Below the pieces are notes generated by a model. That model ran no database searches and was not told the DNA's origin. It saw nothing but the letters and a program-made list of their open reading frames with translations. A stretch of DNA of 64,000 bases from Chloroflexota bacterium (GTDB lineage Bacteria; Chloroflexota; Limnocylindria; P2-11E): contig JBBPIP010000010.1 of NCBI GenBank assembly GCA_038040265.1, positions 9,901 to 73,900 of the forward strand, read 5' to 3'. Made by a program: the position numbers and the translations under genes. How positions within the stretch are numbered: position 1 is the stretch's first letter; every line of letters starts with the position of its first letter. Positions 9,225-16,003 of this stretch are shown one piece after another.

Positions 9225-10382
9225 ATGCGTTGGGCCGCTGTTATTCCGATGGTTCTCGCCTTCGCGCTCTTGGCGCCTGCGCCTGCGCTTGCCGCGCCCC
9301 CGTCCTACTACCCGCCCCTCGACTGGATCCCCGCGGCGCGCAGCAACTACGACGTTGGGCGCACCGCCGCGATCAGGGTGATCGTCATCCACGAGACCGA
9401 CGGGTCGTACATCTCAGCGGCCAACTGGTTCATGAACCCGCGCTCGCGCGTGAGCGCGCATTACCTGGTCCGCGCCTGGGGCGGTGGCATCACTCAGTTC
9501 GTCGCCGAAAGCGACACCGCGTACCACGCGCGCAACGCGAACCCCTACACGATCGGCATCGAGACCGAGTACAACCCGCGGCAGGCCATCTGGCACACCG
9601 ACGCGCAGTACCGGAGCGCAGCGCTCCTGGCGTGCGCGATCGCCCGCCGCTACGGGATTCCGACCGATCGCGCACACATCGTCGGGCACAGGGAGCTCCC
9701 CGGCGCCGATCACGCCGATCCGGGTCCGACCTGGAACTGGAGCTACTACATGTCGCTCGTCAACGCGTGCTCCTGGCAGCGTGTGCAGCCGGTCGCGCGC
9801 GCCGCCCTACGGACGGTCGCCAACCACGGCTACGTCCCCACGCCGGGTCTCGAGTTCGACAACGTCAGCGACGAGGTCGCGCTTCTTCAATGGGACCTCG
9901 TGTACCTCGGCTTCATGGATGCGGACGAGGTCGCCGGGGGCGGCAGCCGGTTCGGGCCGCTCACGGAGGTCGCGGTGAAAGCATTCCAGGAGGCGAAGGG
10001 TGTCGAGACGACCGGCTCATACGGCGAGCAGACCGCCGCGGCGCTCGTGGAGTCGATCCTCGCCGATCCGGCGGGCGTGCCGGCCAAAGATCTCAACTCG
10101 GGCGACGAGTCCGACGACGTTGGGGTGCTCCAGACGGCGCTCCAAGAGCTTGGCTACATGGACATGGTCACGGGCTACTACGGCGACATCACGACCGACG
10201 CGATGACCACGTTCCAGCACGACAACGGCGTCTACGCCACAGGCACCTATGGACCGATCACGCGCATGGCCCTCGCCTCGCGGGTTCGCGCCGCGATCGC
10301 TCGCGAGGAGGTCCAGGACGAGGTTGTGAGCGAGGCAGTCACGTTTGTCGGCATGGTGATGTTCGAGATGCTCGTCCCCTAA
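9225..10382 (+). CDS. Secreted N-acetylmuramoyl-L-alanine amidase (Amidase_2/PGRP) with two peptidoglycan-binding repeats
   Basis: Signal peptide (LAFALLAPAPALAAP). Amidase_2 motifs: VIVIHETDGS, HYLVRAWGGGITQFV, HARNANPYTIGIETE, HIVGHRELPG. C-terminal PG_binding_1-like repeats: GVLQTALQELGY, VKAFQEAKGVETTG. Confidence 0.85.
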   Translation: MRWAAVIPMVLAFALLAPAPALAAPPSYYPPLDWIPAARSNYDVGRTAAIRVIVIHETDGSYISAANWFMNPRSRVSAHYLVRAWGGGITQFVAESDTAYHARNANPYTIGIETEYNPRQAIWHTDAQYRSAALLACAIARRYGIPTDRAHIVGHRELPGADHADPGPTWNWSYYMSLVNACSWQRVQPVARAALRTVANHGYVPTPGLEFDNVSDEVALLQWDLVYLGFMDADEVAGGGSRFGPLTEVAVKAFQEAKGVETTGSYGEQTAAALVESILADPAGVPAKDLNSGDESDDVGVLQTALQELGYMDMVTGYYGDITTDAMTTFQHDNGVYATGTYGPITRMALASRVRAAIAREEVQDEVVSEAVTFVGMVMFEMLVP

Positions 10383-11362
10383 GGCGCGAGCAGGTCCTTC
10401 ACGAGGTCGCGTTCCTTCTCGAGCTCAGCGATCGTCGCGGCAATTTTTCCCTTCGCGAACTCGTCGAGCGGGACGTTCGGGACGATCTGGAATGCGCCGT
10501 CACCCTTTGAGTGCAGCGGGAACGAGCTGACCAGACCCTTCGGCACGCCGTAGCTCCCGTCGCTCACGATCGCGGCCGAGAAGCAGTCGCCCTTTGGCGT
10601 TGGCGTGACCAGCGATCGCACGTGATCGATGAGCGCCTGCGCCGCCGAGAACGCGCTCGACGCGCCGCGCGCTGCGATCACGGCCGCGCCGCGCTGCTGC
10701 ACCTGCGGAATGAACTCGGTCTCGAGCCATTTGCGGTCGACGACCTGGTCCGCGGGCTTGCCGTTCACCTCGGCGTTCGTGAAGTCGGGGTAGAGCGTCG
10801 CCGAGTGATTTCCCCAGATCGCGAGCTTCTTCAAGTCGCGAACCCGTGCGCCGGCCTTCGCTGCGAGCAACGACCGCGCGCGGTTCTGGTCGAGCCGGGT
10901 CATCGCGCTCCACCGGTCGTCGGGGATCGTGTGCGCGTTCGCGCGGGCGATGAGGCAGTTCGTGTTGCATGGGTTCCCGACCACGACGACGCGCACCGAC
11001 GATGACGCGTACCGCTGGATCGCCTTGCCTTCCTCGACGAAGATCGGCCCGTTCTTCCGAATGAGGTCGCCGCGCTCCATGCCCGGGCCCCGCGGCACCG
11101 ATCCCACGAGAAGCACCCAGTCCGCGCGGTGATGACTTTCCGCGCGGTCGGAGCTCGCGCTGACGCGCGAGAGCAGCGGAAACGCGCAGTCCTCTAGCTC
11201 CATAAGGACGCCCTTGGCCTTGTCGATCATCGGCGGGATGTCCGACAGACGAAGGTCGACCTCCGTGTCGGGCCCGAACATCTCACCCGCGGCGATCCGC
11301 GGCAGGAGCGCATAGGCGACCTGGCCGGTTGCTCCGGTGACGACGACGTTCACGGTGCTCAT
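10379..11362 (-). CDS. mdh: Malate dehydrogenase (NAD-dependent, cytosolic-type)
   Basis: 327 aa. Motifs: VVVTGATGQVAY, VVVGNPCNTNCLIA, AIWGNHSATLYPD. 4-nt overlap with the upstream RidA gene. Confidence 0.9.
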   Translation of the reverse strand: MSTVNVVVTGATGQVAYALLPRIAAGEMFGPDTEVDLRLSDIPPMIDKAKGVLMELEDCAFPLLSRVSASSDRAESHHRADWVLLVGSVPRGPGMERGDLIRKNGPIFVEEGKAIQRYASSSVRVVVVGNPCNTNCLIARANAHTIPDDRWSAMTRLDQNRARSLLAAKAGARVRDLKKLAIWGNHSATLYPDFTNAEVNGKPADQVVDRKWLETEFIPQVQQRGAAVIAARGASSAFSAAQALIDHVRSLVTPTPKGDCFSAAIVSDGSYGVPKGLVSSFPLHSKGDGAFQIVPNVPLDEFAKGKIAATIAELEKERDLVKDLLAP

Positions 11363-11805
11363 TTCTTCACGTTCGACTTTCCGTCGGGGAGTTCGTCGGC
11401 TCCGCCGAAGACCGCCTCGGCTTCGATCTCGACCAGGATGTGCGCGTCGATGAAGTCCACCTTCACGATCGTCATTGCGGGCCGGATGTCGCGGAACACC
11501 TCGCCGTGGACGACGGCCACATTCTGGATGTCGGCAGCGTTCCGCACGTAAACCCGCGTCATGATCACGTCGGCGAGCGTGCAGCCCAGGTCCTCCAGCG
11601 ACTCCTTCACCGTCCCGATCGCGGCGCGCATCTGCTCGACGACGTCATCAGACACCACGCTTCCGTCCTCGCCGATCCCGGCGGTTCCGGCGACGCGCAC
11701 CTTGTTGCCGTGCCGGACTGCCCGCGAGAACCCGAACTGGAACTCCCCGCGACTCCCGGTCGTGTACGTGAACCGCTTTGAGTTGTTCTTGTCGACTGTG
11801 GGCAT
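11359..11805 (-). CDS. RidA/YjgF-family reactive-intermediate deaminase
   Basis: 148 aa chorismate-mutase-like fold (TRVYVRNAADIQNV...MTIVKVDFIDAHILVEIEAEAV). Embedded between the isocitrate-dehydrogenase-family gene and mdh. Confidence 0.85.
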   Translation of the reverse strand: MPTVDKNNSKRFTYTTGSRGEFQFGFSRAVRHGNKVRVAGTAGIGEDGSVVSDDVVEQMRAAIGTVKESLEDLGCTLADVIMTRVYVRNAADIQNVAVVHGEVFRDIRPAMTIVKVDFIDAHILVEIEAEAVFGGADELPDGKSNVKK

Positions 11806-12890
11806 CAGTTGCGCATCCTTCTGATCACCGCGTCGGCGAATTCCTTTGTTCCGACCGCGGATGGATCGTCGCGGTCCGCTTTGAGGTCATACGTGACTTC
11901 CTTGCCCTCGGCTACGACCGAAGCGATAGCCTTCTCGAGCCGGTCGCCGGCTTCGCGCTCACCTATGTGGCGAAGCATGAGAGCCCCCGCAAGCATTAAC
12001 GCCATCGGGTTCACTTTGTTGAGTCCCGCGTACTTCGGCGCGGATCCGTGGATCGCCTCGAACATGGCGATGCCGCCCTCACCGATGTTCGCGCCCGGCG
12101 CGACCCCGAGCCCACCGACGAGACCGGCGACCAGGTCGCTCACGATGTCGCCGTAGAGGTTGGGAAGTACGAGGACGTCGTACAGGTCGGGCTTCACGAC
12201 GAGCTGCATGCACATGTTGTCGACGATGCGGTCCTCGAACTCGATCTCGGGGTAGTCGTTCGCGACCTCTCGCGCGACGCGGAGGAAGAGCCCGTCGGCG
12301 TATTTCATGATGTTCGCCTTGTGTACGGCCGTGACTTTCTTGCGGCCGTTGTCCCGCGCGTAGTCGAAGGCGAACTTCACGATGCGCCGCGAACCGAAGT
12401 CGCTGATCGCTTTGATCGCGAGCGCCGAGTGCTCCCGGATCTTCATCTTCGAGACGCGCTCGATGACCTCCTGGACCTCGCGCTCCTCGGGGGAGTCGAC
12501 GTCGAACTCGATCCCCGCGTAGAGGTCCTCGATGTTCTCGCGCACGACGACCAGGTCGACGTCGCCGCGCGGCGCGGGAACGCCGGGATAGGTCTTCGCG
12601 GGCCGCAGGTTCGCGTAGAGGTCGAACTCCCTGCGGAGCGCGACGTTCACGGAGCGAAAGCCCGTGCCCAGCTCGGTCGTGAGCGGGCCCTTGAGCGCGA
12701 TGCGGTTGCGGCGGACGGACTCGATCGCGTCCTTCGGGAACGGGGTGCCGTGCTTTGCCATCGCCGGCGTGCCGATGTCGTGCACGTCCCACTGGATCTT
12801 CACACCGGTAGCCTCGATTGCACGGCGGGTGGCCTCGACGATCTCCGGGCCCGTGCCGTCGCCCGGGATCAGCGTGATTCTGTGGGTCAG
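11805..12890 (-). CDS. Isocitrate / homoisocitrate / isopropylmalate dehydrogenase-family enzyme, most likely NAD-dependent IDH/HICDH; proposed CTG start
   Basis: Family motifs: ITLIPGDGTGPEI, NLRPAKTYPG, NLYGDIVSDLVAGLVGGLG. Homology begins at ...THRITLIPGDG. No ATG/GTG/TTG precedes that region, but a CTG at 12888-12890 lies 7 nt downstream of AAGGGGAGGG. The track ORF's 80-aa upstream extension (to 13133) is Cys/Arg-rich and not family-like. Confidence 0.75.
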   Translation of the reverse strand: MTHRITLIPGDGTGPEIVEATRRAIEATGVKIQWDVHDIGTPAMAKHGTPFPKDAIESVRRNRIALKGPLTTELGTGFRSVNVALRREFDLYANLRPAKTYPGVPAPRGDVDLVVVRENIEDLYAGIEFDVDSPEEREVQEVIERVSKMKIREHSALAIKAISDFGSRRIVKFAFDYARDNGRKKVTAVHKANIMKYADGLFLRVAREVANDYPEIEFEDRIVDNMCMQLVVKPDLYDVLVLPNLYGDIVSDLVAGLVGGLGVAPGANIGEGGIAMFEAIHGSAPKYAGLNKVNPMALMLAGALMLRHIGEREAGDRLEKAIASVVAEGKEVTYDLKADRDDPSAVGTKEFADAVIRRMRN

Positions 12891-13017
12891 TGAAACGCCC
12901 TCCCCTTGGCGATTACGACGCTGGCATCGTACTTCGCCATTCCCCAGCCCGCACGGCTCGGTCGTGGTCTGTCTCGAAAGTGCCGCCTCGATGCGGTCGC
13001 ACGCGCTGATACCTGAA

Positions 13018-13032
13018 GTCGCAATTTGCGAC
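13018..13032. promoter_or_regulatory. Perfect 7-1-7 palindrome GTCGCAAtTTGCGAC in the divergent icd/NMO intergenic region (candidate operator)
   Basis: Both arms are exact reverse complements. It sits between the two divergently transcribed genes. Confidence 0.3.
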
Positions 13033-13098
13033 CTCAAGTAGCAGGGCTGCTCGCGCAGAGCGTGAATCGCGACTACCGTTCCGGCGTGGGGAGCGCCG

Positions 13099-14073
13099 GT
13101 GATCAAGACACGACTAACTGAACTGCTCGGCATCCGTCATCCGATCGTTCTCGGCGGCATGTCGCGCGCGACCGCGGCGGACGTGGTCGCTGCGGTGAGC
13201 AATGCCGGTGGCCTCGGGACTCTGGGCATCTCGTCGATGACGCCGGAGGACATCCGCGCGAGCTGCGAACGCATCCGTTCGCTCACGAGCGCCCCCTTCG
13301 GATTGAACGCGCTGCTCTTTCTGGTATCGCCGGAGCAGCTCGACGCGACCTTCGCCTGCCGCCCGCGCGTGATCGCGACGGCGTGGCGGCGTCCCGAGCA
13401 GGACCTGGGCGCGGTCACAAAGCGCGCTCACGAGATCGGCGCCCTGCACATGCATCAGGCCGACACGCTCGACGAGGCGAAGCGCGCCGCCGAGGCCGGC
13501 GCGGATGTCGTCGTGGCGCAGGGGACCGAGGGCGGGGGACACGTCGGTGTCATGGCGACACTGCCGCTCGCGCGGATGGTCATTCGCGCGCTTCCGGACA
13601 TTCCGGTCCTGGTCGCGGGTGGCATCGCGGACGGTGCCGGGATCGCGGCGGCGCTCGTCCTCGGTGGCGACGGTGTTCTGCTCGGAACGCGATTCCTGGC
13701 GACCGATGAGGCGCCGTTCCCCGACGGGTACAAGCGCGCGATCGTCGAGAGCGACGGGCACGACACGCTTATCAGCGAGATTCCGGACATCGCGGCTGGG
13801 CAGGTCTGGCCTGGCGCGTACGCCCGCGTTCTCCGCAATGCGTTCATCGAAGAGTGGATCGGCCGCGAGGGCGAGCTTCGACGACATCTCGCCGAGGTAC
13901 GGCAGTCATTGCAGGCCGCGCGCGCTGCCGGCGACGCGAAGCGCGGCACCCTGCTGCTGGGTCAGGACGCCGGACTCATCGATTCAATCGAGCCCGCAGG
14001 CGCGCTCGTCGAGCGTCTCGCGGCGGACGCCGAGGCCGCGCTCCGCGAACGCGGGCGTCTGGTGAGTCGCTAG
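13099..14073 (+). CDS. Nitronate monooxygenase (NMO / 2-nitropropane dioxygenase) family flavoprotein
   Basis: 324 aa, GTG start. Motifs: HPIVLGGMSRATAADVVAAVSNAGGLGTLG, VVAQGTEGGGHVG. Confidence 0.8.
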   Translation: MIKTRLTELLGIRHPIVLGGMSRATAADVVAAVSNAGGLGTLGISSMTPEDIRASCERIRSLTSAPFGLNALLFLVSPEQLDATFACRPRVIATAWRRPEQDLGAVTKRAHEIGALHMHQADTLDEAKRAAEAGADVVVAQGTEGGGHVGVMATLPLARMVIRALPDIPVLVAGGIADGAGIAAALVLGGDGVLLGTRFLATDEAPFPDGYKRAIVESDGHDTLISEIPDIAAGQVWPGAYARVLRNAFIEEWIGREGELRRHLAEVRQSLQAARAAGDAKRGTLLLGQDAGLIDSIEPAGALVERLAADAEAALRERGRLVSR

Positions 14074-14092
14074 AAGCGGATCGTAGCCGCCT

Positions 14093-14995
14093 TCATCTCG
14101 CGCCGGCCGCGACCGCGGGAATCTGCGAGTCGAGGAACGCGCTGAGGCGGGCCTGGTACTCGAGCGGGTAGCGGTTGAACGCCCAGGAGTGCTGGCAACC
14201 CGTGGCGATCCAAAGCTCGGACGCCTTGCTCGCGGCAAGAAGCTCGCGCGGGTGATGAAGGGCGATGAGCTCGTCCGCGTCGCAGTGGATGAAGAGGATC
14301 GCACGCTCGGGGTGGGCGCGGACGACGTCGATCGGGCGCACCTGATCTCCATCGAGGCCGAAGACGACGTTCGAGAAAAACAGGACCCCGGGCGTGAACC
14401 AGCCGGGAACCCCGGCTACCACCTCGAGGTCCTCGCCGACGATGGTCCGGGCATCGGTATACGAGGAGTCGGCCACGACCGCTCCGACATTCGGGTGAAG
14501 CAGTAGCGCCTGCAGCACCGTTCCGGCACCCATCGAGATGCCGATGAGCGCGATCCGGCTCTCGGGCACACCGCGACCGGTCACGTAGTCGATCGCGGCG
14601 GCGACGTCGCGGCGCTCGAGGTAGCCGAGCGAGAACCGTTCGCCGTCGCTATCGCCGTGACCGCGGAGATCGAAGAGCAACACGTCGTAGCCGTCGGCAA
14701 CGAGGAAGTCGGCGATCTTCTCCGCGGTCCTGTTCTCTCCCGCGACGCGGTTGCTGTCCTTCCCGTGGACCACGATCGCGGCGCGATCGCCGCCGGTCCG
14801 GAAGTACCAGCCTCGGAGCGTGAGGCCGTCGTTCGTTCGAAAGCTCACGTCTTCGTACGCGGGAGCCACGACGAGCGGCGCCCGAGGCACGCGGTAGCGG
14901 ACGGCGTGCGTGAAGCGTTCCGCCACGACGTACGAGACGGAGAGGTAGCCCACCACGCCAGCGAACAAGGCGACCGCGAGGAGGCGGCGTTTCAA
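14093..14995 (-). CDS. Alpha/beta hydrolase (membrane-anchored, S9/hydrolase_4-like)
   Basis: N-terminal TM helix. Nucleophile elbow GISMGAG. Asp and His motifs: LFDLRGHGDSDG, IHCDADELI. Confidence 0.75.
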   Translation of the reverse strand: MKRRLLAVALFAGVVGYLSVSYVVAERFTHAVRYRVPRAPLVVAPAYEDVSFRTNDGLTLRGWYFRTGGDRAAIVVHGKDSNRVAGENRTAEKIADFLVADGYDVLLFDLRGHGDSDGERFSLGYLERRDVAAAIDYVTGRGVPESRIALIGISMGAGTVLQALLLHPNVGAVVADSSYTDARTIVGEDLEVVAGVPGWFTPGVLFFSNVVFGLDGDQVRPIDVVRAHPERAILFIHCDADELIALHHPRELLAASKASELWIATGCQHSWAFNRYPLEYQARLSAFLDSQIPAVAAGAR

Positions 14996-15891
14996 CGGAC
15001 GACCGAAACCGGGATCTGCGCCTCGAGAAATGCGAGCACGTGGGTGCGGTACTCAGCGGGATAGATGTCCATCGCCGCGGCGTGATCGCACCCGTGCGCG
15101 ATCCAGAGAGCGCTCGCCGAATTCGCGCTGGCCGCGCGCAGGTCCTGAGCGTGATGAACCTGGATGAGCGGGTCGGTGTCGCAGTGGATGAAGAGGATCG
15201 CCCGCTCGGGATGCGCGCGCACAACTTCGATCGGGCGGACCTGGTCACCGTCGAGGCCAAAAGCGATCCGGGTCATCAAGAAGACGCCAGGCGTGAACCA
15301 GCCCGGCACGCCGCCCTCGCGAGGGAGCACCTCCTGAACTTCCGTGAAGGCGTCCATGTACGAAGAGTCGGCAATGACCGCGCCGACCTTCGGATGCAGG
15401 AGCAGCTCCTGTATCGCGGTGCCTGCGCCGAGCGAGATGCCGAGGAGCGCGATTCGCTTTTCCTCGAAGCCGCGGCTCGCTACGAAGTCGATGGCCGACG
15501 CGACATCGAGGCGCTCGAGCTGGCCAAGCGAGAAACGATCGCCATCGCTGTCGCCGTGGCCCCGAAGATCGAACAGGAGAACGCTAAAACCCTGGGCGAT
15601 GAGGAAATCGGCGATGTGCTCGAGCCGACCCTGGTACTCGGCGCGATTCGCGTGCCGGCCGTGGATCAGGATAGCGGCGCGGTCACCGCGAACGGGGAAG
15701 AACCAGCCCCGGAGGGTGAGGCCGTCGCTCGTCCGAAGGACGACGTCCTCGTACGTCGGGGCGGCCACTTGCGGCGCCCGGCCGATCGGGTGCCGCTCGG
15801 CGTGGGTGAGGCGGTCGGCGACGACATAAGACACCGAGAGGTAGCCGACCACACCGGCGAGAAGGGCGACGGCGAGGATCCTGCGTTTCAT
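14992..15891 (-). CDS. Alpha/beta hydrolase, tandem paralog of 14093..14995
   Basis: Roughly 65% identical to its neighbour along the full length, with the same TM anchor and the same GISLGAG and HGDSDG motifs. Start taken at MKRRILAV (15891); the track ORF begins at 15936. 4-nt overlap with the downstream paralog. Confidence 0.75.
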   Translation of the reverse strand: MKRRILAVALLAGVVGYLSVSYVVADRLTHAERHPIGRAPQVAAPTYEDVVLRTSDGLTLRGWFFPVRGDRAAILIHGRHANRAEYQGRLEHIADFLIAQGFSVLLFDLRGHGDSDGDRFSLGQLERLDVASAIDFVASRGFEEKRIALLGISLGAGTAIQELLLHPKVGAVIADSSYMDAFTEVQEVLPREGGVPGWFTPGVFLMTRIAFGLDGDQVRPIEVVRAHPERAILFIHCDTDPLIQVHHAQDLRAASANSASALWIAHGCDHAAAMDIYPAEYRTHVLAFLEAQIPVSVVR

Positions 15892-15926
15892 TGAGGGTGG
15901 CGACCCTAGGTTGGCCCTATCAGGCC

Positions 15927-15942
15927 GTCCCGGCAACGGGAC
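15927..15942. promoter_or_regulatory. 6-4-6 palindrome GTCCCGgcaaCGGGAC in the divergent hydrolase / repeat-membrane-protein intergenic region
   Basis: Perfect inverted repeat. A CGGCAAC direct repeat lies nearby (15931-15937 and 15955-15961). Confidence 0.25.
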
Positions 15943-16003
15943 TCATCCGGAATGTCGGCAACCTCACGTTTCGCGCTCAACCGAGGCGCATCATCAGAGC
16001 TTC

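Noticed and set aside
11805-13133. Track ORF giving the IDH-family protein an 80-aa N-terminal extension
   Set aside because: The extension is Cys/Arg/Ser-rich with no family homology, and it would overlap the divergent NMO gene start and its promoter region. A CTG start after a strong SD better explains the data.
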